Assembly (NCBI RefSeq): GCF_009914755.1
Contig: NC_060925.1
Origin: the human T2T-CHM13v2.0 reference genome, Homo sapiens
Direction: 5' to 3' (one strand)
Length of the DNA stretch: 64,000 nucleotides
Made by a program: the position numbers and the translations under genes
Part shown: positions 12,469-26,959 of the stretch, piece by piece
How positions within the stretch are numbered: position 1 is the first letter of the stretch
How the letters are laid out: the number at the start of each line of letters is the position of its first letter
Notes under the pieces: generated by a model
What the model was told of the DNA's origin: nothing
Databases searched by the model: none
The model's input: the letters and a program-made list of their open reading frames with translations, nothing else

Positions 12469-13531
12469 AAAGAAATGCAAATTGGGGCTAAGGATTAGGA
12501 CACATACTTCAGTGGGAAGGGGTCTGGCAATTAGGGGAAGAGAATTTCAAGAGCTTTGAGGTTTCCCAGCCTCCTCCAGGAGGGTGATGGTTATATGATG
12601 TAATCCACATTCTTGCCTGACTTCTGGAAATACAAAACAGGCATTTTCAAGATGATTGCCTAAGATTTAAAAATCATTCTGTGGCCATGTATACATTCTT
12701 TTTTTTTTTTTTCCTTCAATGCAAACTTGATCTTTCCAGGCCTTAATAGTCTCCTCTGTAAAATAAGAGCGTTGTGCTAAATCATTGTTAGAATTCTTTT
12801 CATGCTCTAAGGTTTGTGAGTTCAGGAATTTATAAGCTTTTTCTGGTATTTAACCTTTGGCCTTAGTTTCTTTAGTACTATGATCAAAACTAATCTCCCC
12901 AACTTAAATTTTCTGTGACGGGTAAGGAAGCCAGGACAAAGGACTTAATGAAGGTTTTGAAGCAGGAAGTATAGCAGCAAAAGGTTTTACAGCTATGTAT
13001 GAAATGGAGTTGAAAGGAAAGAACTCAGGATCTCAGAATCCAGTGGGTATAGCCAAAAAGGTTGAAGCTCAGAAATGACTTTCAGAGGGATTACATAGAA
13101 AAATAGATAAGATTTGGTCGTGCCCTTCATGTAAGCAGGCTGTAATTAGATTGGCTGGTGTGAGTTAGTGGGAAGGATTAGCCATCACAGAGGGACATTT
13201 AATGGGATGGCTGTCTGGTTCCCCCATCTCGCTGTCCCAGCCCACCCTTGGGAACTGATGTAGCTGCCGTCACCATCCAATAACTCTACTTCCAATACTT
13301 CCAACTATGTAAAGCTTTCTTGGTCTTAGTTTTGTTGAACCAAAGAACTGTTACCAATTAAATGAGAAAAAAGTTTTTAAAAATTCACAAAAACATAGAT
13401 GTGAGCAACGTTTATAGAGTAGAAGTTTCTGGTTCCCATTTGAGAGAGTAACCAATTCCTTACCTCTTCTTGCTTCTCATCTGCCCACTTCTTTCTTCTG
13501 CCTTTCTCTCCAGCTTCTCTTCCTTACCTTT

Positions 13532-13680
13532 TCATTCTTTCTTCCCACTCATCTGACACTTTACTGAGCACAGTGTGTAAAGGTCTGTGTTAGGTACTGT
13601 GGCCAACAGAAGATAAAGAAGGCACAGTCCCAGCATCTTATGTTGCTCTCGAGCTAGCAGCAGAGACAGACACAGACAAG
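13532..13680 (-). mobile_element. L2 3' end
   Basis: tttactgagcac...gtgttaggtactgtgg...aggcacagtccc, the L2 terminal region. Confidence 0.65.
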
Positions 13681-13999
13681 TCAGTGTGGTAGCCCAGTTC
13701 ACAAGACAGTCCACGCTCAGGTTTCTTTTCTTTACCTTCTCTGTGCAGCCCCATCCCCAAACCTGCTGATATTCTCTCCTCCTCCTACCTCTAATGCCCT
13801 CTCTAAGGATTAGATGCCTAAATGGCTAATTATTTTCCCCTAAACTATGGGGGCAAGTCTCTTAACGTTCACTGTGTCATATCAAACAAGTTCCATATAT
13901 ATGATCACTGACCAGCTGGGACTTCCTTCTCTTTGTATTAAGACAGATTCACAGAGGGTTTAGAAAATATGAGTTTTAGCGTTTGCCTTTTAAATCGAA

Positions 14000-14190
14000 T
14001 AATGATGGTGCTTCCAGGACTTTGTCAAGTGTGAACTATGTGCTAGGTACATACATATTGTCTCTACTCCTTGTATTATCACTCTGCTCACCATCAATTC
14101 ATAGATAATTCAGAGAGGCTAAGTAACTAGTCCAAAATAAAACACTTAGAGGTGGAATTTGAACACAAATCTAATCCTTTTTACTACATC
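14000..14190 (-). mobile_element. MIR fragment
   Basis: cagagaggctaagtaactagtccaa and ggaatttgaacac motifs. Confidence 0.55.
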
Positions 14191-14325
14191 TGTGCTTTAA
14201 TGACAAAGGGCAGGTTCCATGTCGTCTTTCCACTCCTCGCCAAAGAAATTCTACTTCCATGTGTGTCTGTGTTTGTGTGTGTAATCTACTCATAAGATAA
14301 AGTATATAGCACATGATAAAACTTT

Positions 14326-14625
14326 TAAATTTTTATTTATTTTTTTGAAACAGAGGTTCACTCTGTTGTTCAGGCTGGAGTGCAGTGACACAATCTCGGC
14401 TCACTGCAACCTCCGCCTCCTGGGTTCCAGCTCTCCTGTTTCAGCCTCCCGAGTAGCTGGGATTATAGGCACCTGCCACCATGCCTGGCTAATTTTTGTA
14501 TATTTAGTAGAGGTGGGGTTTCGCCATCTTGGCCAGGCTGGTCTTGAATTCCTGACCTTAGGTGATCTGCCTGCCCAGCCCTCCCAAAGTGCTGGGATTA
14601 CAGGTGTGAGCCACCGCGCTCGGCC
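14326..14625 (-). mobile_element. AluS (Sx-like), full length
   Basis: Complete dimer; TSD core atgataaaacttt (14313-14325 / 14631-14643). Confidence 0.95.
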
Positions 14626-15728
14626 AACATATGATAAAACTTTCAGATACAGTTGGGTCTCTTCTAGATTAAACAATGAGTATCTGATCTGTTTTGCTAT
14701 CAATTACAGAAACTTTACTATGATATTCAATTAAAAGTTTAACAACTAGAAAAATTTCCTAAGTGGCATAATTTTTAAAAGTTAAAACTTTTTCCTCTTA
14801 AAAGTCAACAAATAATTGTAAAAACACATGTAGTCTCTGTGCATTAATGTTCATTGTGCAAAACATATGTGGATATACAGGCATTAACAAGAGCCAAAGG
14901 AGGCAGTTGTAAGAGCTCTTGCTGGTTGGTATTATATATAAATTCAATGTGTATTCACTAGAATTATAGAAGCTCCTAGAAAAAAAATCTCACTTTAAAA
15001 TTGTAAAGCTTGTGAATTTTATAGCCAATTTAGTTCAAAATATGTTAAAAAATACTAATGGAATATTAATTTGTTGTATCTTGGTATTTACTATATAATC
15101 CTTGGTGCATTAATATTTGTCATGAGAATAGTATGTCAATATTGTTTCTATTGTTACAACATAATAATCAATAGGGGAAAATTCAGTAGCAAACTGAGAT
15201 GAATTTTAATAGGGTATAAGATTAATTTGTGCTTGTTCTTTCATTAAATAATTTGCATTGAATTGTTGAACCAATGCAGGCAATGTCCATATTATAACAG
15301 TACTCCCCCGGCATGAATACATGGTACACAGATATTGGTGGTGGTATTTAAACAGTGTTTTCTTTAACCTTCCTGGATGTCAACTCTTTCATCTGTCAGT
15401 ACAGATTTTTTGGGGGGTCACAATAATGCCTGGCACATAGTTAACATTTACTGTGGGTTTACTATTACCATTTATTAACCCTATTTTAAGAACACATATG
15501 GTTACTAATGTTGTCTGTTGCAATTGTGAATGAAGCTAAACCCACTACTGGTGAGAAGTATTAAACCTGTTTAAGTGTGTAGCTTCAGCTTCTTACCTAA
15601 TAAAGCTTCCACCCATGAGGGAAGTTTGGGGGTGACTTTGATAACATCTGAGGAATGGAATCTTCTGATAGGAAAGAGCTGAGAGCAACATTCAGATGTC
15701 AGTTTTCAGTTAAGCTCTTAATTTTCAA

Positions 15729-16050
15729 CAGTTTTGCCAAACTGTGATTTCAGGGAATGTTCCTGGAGAAGAAGCATCAGTCATTCAACCAAATAAGATT
15801 TAAAAAAACGCTGCAGAACACAATCTCCTTTTAGAGATTCACAATACTTATTTACATAGCAAAGGCTTAGGTGACCCAGCAGCAGGTACACTGCTGTTAG
15901 TACAGCAGGTACACTGCTGAAAAAAGGCTTAGAGATGTTGTGTAAAAAATAAGCCTATTTTAATTTAATTTCACCTAGCTTTTAACAAACTTATTTGACA
16001 ATGGAACCTTTAAAATATATATATATACCACCCCTAAATAGCTTGTATAT
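15729..16050. mobile_element. Probable degenerate hAT-Charlie MER element
   Basis: cagttttgccaaactgtg TIR-like start and aaacttatttgacaatggaacc motif; subfamily not determined. Confidence 0.4.
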
Positions 16051-16556
16051 TTAGAGAAATGCCAATTTAGAGAAAAATTCAAAACTCAGCTACTTTTCTC
16101 CTTTTTCAATTCAAGGGTTTAAAACAAATGGTGCTGATGAATGGCTTTCCAAATTTACTTTCCCATACATATTTAAGTATGACAAATGCTCATCCACCAT
16201 GTGGTAGGTAGTGAATTCATAAAACCTAAGAAAGGAGATCAGAAGCTATGTAAATGCCAGATATATTTCTACTTAATGCTTTTTAAAAACATTTTAATAC
16301 TCTATAGCTGTGTTTATATTCCCATGCACAATTATTATGAATTATGAAGACAACAAAGATGAATCTGGGAAAACTTATCACAGAGAAAATTCACATGTCA
16401 AGATAAATTTGCATCCCATAATCTATGCTTTGGTGTTACTAGGTCTTGGTCAAATATTGTTTAGTGCTTTGTGTTAACAGTGCTGAACATGCTCTAGAAA
16501 CACTTGACTGTAGTGCACTTTACAATTTATGTTTTATAGCTAATTCTTTTCCCACA

Positions 16557-17117
16557 GTATATTACTTATAGGTTTCTGTGTAATAAATTACCCCCAAATG
16601 TAGCAGCTTAAACAACAAACATTTACTATCTCACTTTTTTGTGGGTCAGAAACTGGGTGCGGCCTAGCTGGGTCCTGTGGCTCAGGGTTCCCCATAAGCC
16701 TACACCCAAGGTGCTGACCAGGGCAGTGGTTCCCTCAAAGCCCAATCAGGGGAAGATCCTCTTCTAAGCTCACTCATGTGGTTGTTGGCAGGATTTAGTT
16801 CCTTGTGACTGTTGGGCTGAGGGCCTCAGTAGCTCAGTGGCTGTTGGCTGCAGGTCTCCCTTGGTTCATTGGCACATGGGCCTTTTCACAGGGCAGCTCA
16901 CAACACGGCATCTGGCTGTCATCAGTATTAACACGGTAGAAGCCCGAGTCTTTTTGTAATCTCATCTCAGAAGTGGCATCCCATCACATTCACCACAGTC
17001 TGTTTGTTAGAAGAAAGTTCCTAGGCCCAGCCCACATTTAAAGGGAGGAAATTGTACAGGGACATGAATACCAGGAACTGGGAATCAGGGGAGCTGTCCT
17101 AGAAGCTGCTCATCACA
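16557..17117 (-). mobile_element. MLT1 (MLT1F-like) MaLR LTR
   Basis: aaattacccccaaatgtagcagcttaaacaacaaacatttactatctcac ... agaagctgctcatcaca. Confidence 0.75.
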
Positions 17118-17565
17118 CATGTTAACAATTGGTGGCACAGGGTGTTGTTCCATTAAATGGGTCTGGTACTTTGGGATATGTTGATAGTAGTTTGATTCAG
17201 AGGTTATAAATCTATGCATTGCAATCCAATAAGATATTGAACAATGAGATGGAGACAGTTGTACTTACCTCAGTTCCTATGAAGGAGAACATTGTATTTA
17301 TTTGCAAATAATCTCTGGTTAGGTGGAAACAGAAGTCTAGAAGACAGGGAAGTACTTTGTATTCAGGATGATGCCACAGGATAGAGTTCACAATTCATAG
17401 CTGTGGAGCTGGTTAAGCTCTGAGTAGAGACAATTATGTCAAGATGTCCTAAAGACAGGAGCTGCTGCTGACACCTGGACCACACTGATTTGCAATATGG
17501 AAGGTTTAAAATAACTTTGGAAGATTAGGTTTCTATTTAGACCATGGTGATCAAACTACACACTT

Positions 17566-17920
17566 ATATTAGTTACCCATTGCTGAGAAACAAATTACTC
17601 CAAATTTAGCAGCTTAAGACAACAGACATTTTTAGCTCATGTTTTCTAGGGGTCTGAATCTGGGAGTGGCTTAGCTAGGGGATTCTGGCTCAGGGTGTCT
17701 CATGAGGTTTGACTGAAGATGTTAGCCCAGGCTGCTGTCATCTGAAGGCTTGACTGGGACTGGAGGACCTGCCTCCAAGGTGGCTCATATTGGCAGGTGG
17801 CCTCAGTTCCTCACCATGTGGGGCTCTCCATAGGACTGCTAGAGCATCCTCATGACATGTCATCTGGCTTCCTCCAGAGTGACTGATCCAAGACAAAGAA
17901 GCAAGGAGGAAGCCACAAAG
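17566..17920 (-). mobile_element. MLT1 (F/G/H-like) MaLR LTR fragment
   Basis: caaattactccaaatttagcagcttaagacaac...tctgggagtggcttagctagg...gacctgcctccaaggtggctca. Confidence 0.7.
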
Positions 17921-18744
17921 TTTTCAAATCAGCATTTATAAAGTACTTCACTCTTTCCAGTCATTAATACATAAATGAGCAGATAAGTTCAGGATATTTC
18001 AGATCCAACAGGGGCATGAATTGTGTGTATACCTGATTTAAAAAAAAACAACAAAAACAATGGGGACAGTTTTGAAAGTGCCATCCTTCCTAAGATAATT
18101 GTTGTAGAAGAAAAAAGAAAGTGCCATCCACTAGCCAAAGTGAAGCATGTGCTAGTTTTTCTATGTTAGATTTAGTGGTAAATGTAAAAAAAAAATCTAT
18201 TTACTTCAGTCAAATGCCTAATCAAGAATAGTTCACCATTTAATATGCTTTGTAACACTGAAGGAACCTCAAAATCACCCAGTGTCTTTGGTCCAGAAGG
18301 TCACTGAGCTTGCCAAATTCTTTTTATTCACTGAATAAGAGTGTTTTTGAAAGCAAGCATTACACTGTGTGTGAAGAGGCAGAAGTCATACATGATTGAA
18401 TAATTTGGCAGAAGAGATTTCTTGTATTTTTCACCTCTATGATCTTTGAAACAATTGCTGCGCTTGTATTTGGAGAGTGGTTGTGGCCTACAAATTTTGT
18501 TAAGTACATGCTGTCCATCAGAAACTATGGTTATTGCTTGACCATTGGAATTAAGCCATTTTCTGCTTTCAAAACACCCATAACAATTAGCTTTTAAACT
18601 TTTATCTTTTACCATTAAGTAGCCTCATATAATTATCACAGCTTTTTTTTTTTTTTCCAAGGGAACAATTTCACAGATCTCTACCATTGTGTTATAAGGA
18701 ATATAGTAAGAAGGAAAGATATTTAGTTTCCCCAACACCAAATC

Positions 18745-19410
18745 TGTATTAGTTAGGATTCTCTAAACAGACAGAACTAATAGCGTATGTATATAGATAT
18801 ACTAGAGGATATTTATTAGGAGAATTGGTTCATGCAATTATGAAAGGTGAAGAATGCCATGACAGGCCATCTGCAAGCTGGAGACCCTTGGATGCTGGTA
18901 GCATGGCTCAGTCTAAGTCCAAGGGCCTCAGAATCAGGGAAGCCGATGGTGTGACTCTCAGTCTGAAGCTAACAGACTCAGAACCCGGGCGCCACTGGTG
19001 TTAGTCCTGGAATTCAAAGGCCAGGGAGCCTGGAGTTCTGATGTCCAAGGTAGCAGAAGAGAAGTCTGTGCCAGCTCTCAGAGAGACACTAATTCCCCTT
19101 CTGTTTTCTCTCCAGGCCCTCAGCCTATTGGATGATACCCACCAACACTGAGGGCCAATCTTCCCTACTTTATTCACTAGACTCACACTCTAGTCTGTGC
19201 TGGAAACACCCTCCTAGACATACCCAAAATAATGCTTTACCAGGTTTCTAAGTATTCTTGAATCCAGTCAAATTGACAAGCTAAAATTAAATCCACAAAC
19301 CCACCCCTTGTCAACTTGGCGCCCATACACATCTCCTTAAACCATACTTAATTTCTAAAAGAGATAATAACGAGATAATAGTTCCACCTAACATGACGCA
19401 ATATGATGTG
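18745..19410 (-). mobile_element. MLT2B-type ERVL LTR (18745-19297) with adjoining ERVL internal 3' stub
   Basis: tgtattagttaggattctc ... aatccagtcaaattgacaagctaaaattaaatccaca, then aacccaccccttgtcaacttgg (PPT region) and internal sequence. Confidence 0.8.
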
Positions 19411-19432
19411 ATTGTGATTTTTAGGATTTTAG

Positions 19433-19762
<330 letters not shown>

Positions 19763-20918
19763 CAGCTTGAGAGATTTTGATCATCAAGGATTTTGATCTC
19801 AAATGCCAATAGTGTTTCCAACTGGGAAACATTTCTCCCCTTTCTCTGCAGTCCTGCCTCTAGTCTAGGTTGTAAACTCTGGGAGAAAAGGGACATGTAG
19901 ATTTTCTTTGCTGCCCTAATCTTAGTGCCTAGAAGAGCACCTTACAACCTTACATGTAGTGAGTGCTCAGTAAATATTCGTTGAATTAACCAAGTGCCAT
20001 TTATGGAGACAGACTGATGGATAATTAGATAAAGATAACAAAAAGCTGCTGACCACAGTTTGATTTCCTTAGGCCTTTAATTACCTTGTGTTGGGATCCT
20101 GGATATATTGCTGTTGTGTCCTAGAGTCTGTTTTCAGTTGGTAAAGTGGGATATTCAAGGTTAAAAGGGGGAAAAAAACAAGTTGTGATTCTTCTTTTGG
20201 AAAGTCAGACTTTCCCAAATGCAAATTGGCTATCAGTATGTTAATATGTTCTCTAAACGTACCTATGATTTTATCAGTGATGGAAAATATTGTTAAAATA
20301 TATTTGTGTTTTACAGAAACTACATTAAAAGACTTTTCCCTCAATATTTCAAGGAAAACTTTTCATCTTTATTTTGTCCTTTCTCTTCTTCTCAATGTTA
20401 GTTTTTGTATTATATGGAAATTGCTTTCTTGATTAACATTTAAAACGTCTGTCCTCTGGGGATGTCTTTATTTTGTGTTCTAGTTATTTATACCACCAAG
20501 GAACAACTTTATTAAAAAAAAGCATTTAGCTTTATCAAAAAGCAAATATTTACAAATTATTTTTCTGATGGCGTCTAGTGTTCATTTCACTTTCTTGCCT
20601 CCTTCTGTATTACAGTATACTCACACATTGAGTATTTAAAATTCCTTTATGAATTTGCAACAGAATCTCCCTGCAGCCCCCTCACTCCAGACATCTAATT
20701 AGTGTTTCCTGTCACAACAGCATATTTTTTGTTGCATAAAATTGCACACTTTTTTTTTTCTTTTTGGTACTGGAAATGGTGTTTTAACAGGGGGAAGTGC
20801 TGGATTCCAAGGACCTGTCTTCAAGGCTGGGTTCAGAGCAGCTATTCCCATAATGGCCCCTGATCAATCTACCTTCTCATTTCTTTTTTAAATACCAAGT
20901 CTCTTGGTAAATAATGGT

Positions 20919-20921
<3 letters not shown>

Positions 20922-20949
<28 letters not shown>

Positions 20950-20960
20950 CGAAAAAGAAA
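20922..20960. repeat. Poly(A) tract (A28 plus A-rich extension)
   Basis: Directly visible; no recognisable element upstream. Confidence 0.9.
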
Positions 20961-21469
20961 ACCTCTTCTTCTACAGGAACACCACTTTCCTGGGAGTAAC
21001 TGCCATGATTTATAGACTGGTGTTTGTCTGGTTAAGTTGTTTTTGCCAGTGCACACAGCAGCAAATCTTATCAGAATCTGCTTTCCTAGGCATTTCTTCC
21101 ACCTCTTGATATGCAGTCATTTTCTTTCAGTAAATATTTGGACGTTCCCAAGTGAGCTCCGTCAATGATGCTTTATTTCTCAGATGGGATAACTGAGAAG
21201 CGTTGTGTTCATGTGTGTGGATAGGTTGTTCTTCCCTTTTCTTTCCTCTGAAACACTTTTTAAGACATAAATCTTAAATACAGATAGGACTTGGAGGTGG
21301 TGGAGGAGGGGTGGGGGCTTCAGTCTGTCATTACAGTTTTAACCAGAGAAAAATAGTTAAGGCAGAACCTGTAGTGGAAAACCAGAGGCTGATCCAAGAA
21401 ATGGCCACAGGAGAGCCTTGAGTTGGAACAATCTCTTGCTGAGATGGCTAGTGGTATATCCGTGCAACT

Positions 21470-21540
21470 CTTTTTATCAGCTTTATTGAGGTACAATTGT
21501 ATGCCTAAAAAATTGCACATATTTAATGTATATAATTTGT
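21470..21540 (-). mobile_element. L1M 3' terminal fragment
   Basis: cagctttattgaggtacaattg...aaaaattgcacatatttaatgtatataattt. Confidence 0.7.
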
Positions 21541-22204
21541 CTTGAATAAAGATTTTTATAATTTTATAGGAAAGAAGCAGCAATGACCAAAATTAAATAG
21601 ACTCCTGTCCCTTTATGTCACAGAGATCTGAGAAATGAGAAAAACAGGATTGTTCTGATTTTTTTTCTCAGCTAAAGTTATCTCAGAAACACAGATTAGA
21701 GTGGAACCTTTTCTACCATGCTCTGAGGGGCTGTGGATGATCCCTGGTATGGAAGGAGTCACCGGTGTGTCTGCTGAATTGCTTCCTCGTGACCCTCTGC
21801 CTCCAGCTGTTTCCCCTTGCTCTGGTTCTCATTGCATCAGGGCCAGCATGTGCCCTCAGAGGTGGGTGGGGCATGCTCATGGCAGGAGAAGCAAGAGCCC
21901 TTGGCTCCCAGTGGTTGATCTAAAGGACAAAACTTCTTCATTAGAAAGAACAAAATAAATGCTTCTTGGCTGAAATCTACCAGCCTAGGAGTGAAGGAAG
22001 CAAGTCAAGGGGCTAGGAGGAAGTTGGTAAAACCTAAAAGCATTAAGACATGAAAGGTCTGTAATCTGACCTCAACTTACCTGTTCAGTTGGATTTCTTG
22101 ATACTCCAACAGGACTGAGATGTGAAGTTTCTGCAACAGTCCTATGGTCTTTCACCTTCGTGCCTTTGCTTATGCTAACCCAGGGCATGCCCTCCAGGGA
22201 GCCT

Positions 22205-22535
22205 GCTGTGATCTGGATGTTTGCATATCCCCCAAATTCACACACCTCTAAGATTATTGTATTAGGAGATTGGGACTTTGGGAGGTGAGGGAGGGTGGAG
22301 CCCTCATGAATGAGATTAGCGCCCTTACAAATGAGGTCCAAGAGAGACCACTTGCCCTCTACCTTGTGAGGACAGCCAGAAGGTACCATCTATGAACCAG
22401 AAAGCCTTTACCAATTGCTGAATCTGCTGATGCCTTGTTCTTGGACTTCCTAGCCCACAGAGTATGAGAAATAAATTTCTGTTGTTTATAAGGTATCCAG
22501 TTTATGGCATTTTGTGATAGCAGCCCAAATGGACG
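22205..22535 (+). mobile_element. MLT1A-type MaLR LTR
   Basis: ggtggagccctcatgaatgagattagcgccctt and aataaatttctgttgtttataag...gatagcagcccaaatggac. Confidence 0.8.
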
Positions 22536-22599
22536 GAACCTGCTCTGAATCTCCTTTGTTAGATGTGTCCAGATTTTCTTCTTTCTTCTTCCATTAATA

Positions 22600-22765
22600 T
22601 CCAGAGCATAACTCTATACTGTGCTGTTACATTGTCATATCATCTTTCAATGCCTGCCTCTTACTCGCACAGCTCCTTGAGGGCAGGGGCTATTTGTTAT
22701 TTGTGTATTCCCAGGGCTTAGACAGCGCTATATAGGCACTTAATGTTTGTTAAGTAATGAATAAG
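22600..22765 (+). mobile_element. L2 3' end
   Basis: agctccttgagggcagggg...gtattcccagggctta...ggcacttaatgtttgttaagtaatgaat. Confidence 0.65.
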
Positions 22766-23103
22766 ACAGATCAAGAGTATGTAAACAGAAATGACCCACA
22801 AGGTAGTTGCATCTTTTGACTTTAGAGTTAGGACAAGGGCTATTATCAAGGGTGTTCTAGTGTAACCCATCCTGGGCCTAAGAATTTAAAAGAAAGTTGT
22901 CTCAGGTCTTACCATTGCCTATATCTTGTGGACTTCCAATCAGATTGAACTGAGCAAATTGTCGTACTAAGCTAATTAAGTACCAAGTTAATTGTTGTCA
23001 TTTTATTTTTTCATAGCTTTTGAGTGCAATTATTTAATGTTCAGAGTGCAAATGCCAAGACCTTTGCTTTAGCAGATAAGACACTATTTACCTACTTACA
23101 TAA

Positions 23104-23521
<418 letters not shown>

Positions 23522-23858
23522 TAGTTCTCTTCTTACTACCTTTGTATTCTGTTTTAGAGAGTTCAAACTATGTCTGTGGATACTAATGTTAAACTCATTT
23601 TTTCCTTTATTTTTCATAGTTCCTATGATTTTAAGATTTGATTTTGATGTAACTTTCTCTCTCTACTCTTCAATAAATCAAGTCTTCTTATCAGGCAAGA
23701 ACAATGCCCCTCTTGCAGTTTCAAGTACAATATCAATATTGTATTTGAATTACATGTAATAGTAATATTGATAATTAAGTTTTATTGAGCATTTCCTGTA
23801 CACTGTCCAACTATGTAAATAATTTACAGGTTTTAGCTCATCTAAACCCTCCTCATTA

Positions 23859-23994
23859 GGCTAGATGTGGTGGCTCACACCTATAATCCTAACACTTTGG
23901 GAGGCCAAGGTGGCAGGATCACTTAAGGCTAGGAGTTTGTGACCAGCCTGGGCAACCTAGTGAGACCCCCATCTCAAATAAATAAATAAATAAA
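23859..23994 (+). mobile_element. FLAM/AluJ left monomer with (AAAT)n tail
   Basis: ggctagatgtggtggctcacacctataatcc...gagaccccatctc followed by aaataaataaat. Confidence 0.85.
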
Positions 23995-24119
23995 GCCTCT
24001 TCACTATGAGAGACACCAGTAAGTCTGAAACTTAGGTCTACTTTTCTATAGTTTTAGCAGCCTCAGTGTGGACATCTCTCAGTGCTTCCACCCCCACACC
24101 CCGAGGTGCACAGGCTCTG

Positions 24120-24270
24120 GGGCAGGATGGCTGAAGCACAAATCTCAGCTCTGTCAACAGCTAGCTGTGTGATCTTGGGGAAAGTTTCTCAAATTTTTGG
24201 TGTCTCGTTGCCTTCATCTATAAGATGAGATAATAACAGGACCTTGACAATTGTAATGTGTGAAAAAGTT
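24120..24270 (+). mobile_element. MIR
   Basis: aaatctcagctctgtc...ctagctgtgtgatcttggg...ttcatctataagatgagataataac. Confidence 0.7.
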
Positions 24271-24285
24271 CATATGTATGGATCA

Positions 24286-24970
24286 GTATATTTGTGTTCT
24301 GTGGTTGCCATAATACATTAACACAAACTGAGTGGCCTAAAACAAGAGAAATTCATTCTCTCACAGTTCTGGAGGCCAGAAGTTCTAAGCCAAGGTGTTG
24401 GCAGGGCTGCACTCTCTTCAAAGGCTCTAGAGGAAGATTCTTCCTAGCCTTATCCAGAGGTGGTTCCAGATGTTCCTTGGCTTGTAGCAGCACAGGCACA
24501 ATCTCTGTCTCTGTCTTCCTGTGGCCTTCTCTTCCTTCCCCACTTCTCTCTGGGTCAAATCTTCTGCCTTTCGTTTAAAAGGACATTCGCATTAGATTTA
24601 GAGCCCACGTGGATCCACCAGAATGATCTCATCTTAAATTTCTTAATTTTTTTTTTTTTGAGAAAGGGTCTCACTCTGTTGTCCAGGATACAGTACAGTG
24701 GTGAGATCTCAGCTTACTGCAGTGGCTGAAGTGATTCTCCAACCTCAGCCTCCCAAGTAGCTGAGACTATAGGTGTGTACCACCACATCTGTGGGGTTTC
24801 ACTATGTTGCCCAAGCTAGTCTCAAACTCCTGGACTCAAGCAATCTGCCTGCCTTGGCCTCTCGAAGTGCTGGGATTACAGGTGTGAGCCACCATGCTTG
24901 GCAAAATCCTTAATGTAACAACATCTGCAAAGCCTTTTTTTTGTTTTCAAATAAGGTCACATTCACAGGG
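24286..24970 (-). mobile_element. MLT1C-like MaLR LTR interrupted by an Alu
   Basis: ctctcacagttctggaggccagaag...; resumes after the Alu with acatctgcaaag...aaataaggtcacattcacagg. Confidence 0.8.
24647..24902 (-). mobile_element. AluJ with internal deletions (central A-rich linker missing)
   Basis: caccacatct joins directly to gtggggtttcactatg; TSD-like aaatttcttaat / aaatccttaat. Confidence 0.88.
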
Positions 24971-25359
24971 CCTGCTCTTCTGTAACTGCCTCATCTATAA
25001 TATCTCTATGCTCATAAGCTTGGAAGTCTCAGTTAATCCTTGACTGTGTTCCTCACTGCTCTCAAGTACTTGTCTGGCAAATCTGTTGATTCTACTTTCA
25101 GACAGCTCTCTTTTCTGTGCCTACTCCTGTTAGTTCTTAGTTCAAATTCTCATTAGGATAAGAGTTATTCTTTCCTACAGTTGTTTGCATTTCCAATTTA
25201 TGCTCTGCATTGCCTCTAGATATGTTTTTCTAATGTACACCCCCTGCCTAAAAATTCCAAAGGTTTTTTGTTGCACACAGTTATAGTAATAATAGCCAAA
25301 ACTAGCATGGGTATCTCTCCCATTTCACTAATAGGGAAACTAAAGTTCAGAAAAGATCA

Positions 25360-25660
<301 letters not shown>

Positions 25661-26774
25661 AGATTAAATTATATGTCCTCAAGATCATGTAGCTTTGTAA
25701 TTAGCAGAGACTGAAATTGAGCCTAAGTCTTCTAAATTTATGCTTTGATGTCCAGGGCTTAGTTTATTACTTGAAGTATTCACACAATACTTCAAAGTCA
25801 ACCTTTTCCCTTTATATTCCTGACATTCCTTGACATTGATCTGTCATTCCACCCATAACTTCCATTGTTCTACGATGATTTTATGCCTTTACATTTTGAT
25901 TGTTTCTACCAGGAGGGCTGGCTCACCTCTTCATTTTTTCCTGACCCATTTTTCTATATTTTTTTTCTTGACTATGCAAGGAAAGTTCACTTACTCTGCG
26001 AAGCCTTGCCCAGGTTAGATGCTTACTCCCTCAAAGCTCTGGTGGCAACTTACACATATTCCCATTATAGCACTTCCATATCATCTTTTCATTGTTCACA
26101 TGTCTTTCTGCACAAACATCTCACTGATTTATATAGCCCCAGTGCTCAGCTCATCAGAGATGATCAATAAATATTTGCTGAAATATTTCAGCTAAAATTG
26201 CAGAACTAAAAGAAATTGTTCTTTTAGCTCACTAAAAATCAACTTATCAGCCATTTGAAAAAATAAGAAATGTAATTACTAAGTTAAGAGGCAGAGCTCT
26301 GAGTGGGAATATGGGAATATTGAAATCTCTGTAATAGCTCTTTTATTATAGTCAAATTAGCTTCTCACCCCTTGAACAGGTGGTGACTATTTCTAACTCT
26401 GTGCCTTTACTGGAGCCATTCTCCTCCCACAAATGTCCTCCCCACTACTCTGCAGTTTTCTAAATTCTACCCATCATCAAGGCCAAGTCCTATCTACTCC
26501 ATAAAGGAGCCCTCTCTAACCTACCCATCCCATCTCTAACTCTACTGTGCTAAGCCTCACAGTGGCAGTTTCCTGACTTTATTGATATTGCCTGTACACT
26601 CTGTCTGTGAAGGAATAAAAGCATAGTTAAATGTTTACCTAGTAATAAAGCAAAAGTCTATATACATTATTCCATTTTTAATCTTCAAAAAGTCAAGTGC
26701 TTTGATAAGTGAACTGTGTTTTGGAGAAGTAGTACACTGATTTTTACAAAATGAAACTTTTGATAAGAGGTATA

Positions 26775-26933
26775 TGCTATAGTTTGAATAGATATGTTCT
26801 TCCAAAATTCATGTGTTAGGACCTAATATCCAATGTGATAGTATTAAGAGGTAGGGCCCGTGGGGAAGCGATTAAGTCATGAGTGCTCCCAGTCTGTGGT
26901 GTTTTGTCATAATAGCAAGAATGGACTAAGACA
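26775..26933 (+). mobile_element. MST/MLT1A-type MaLR LTR with a large internal deletion
   Basis: Both termini (tgctatagtttgaat ... aatggactaagaca) are present within only ~160 bp. Confidence 0.75.
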
Positions 26934-26959
26934 GCCTGTATTAGAATCTAACAGTTGTT

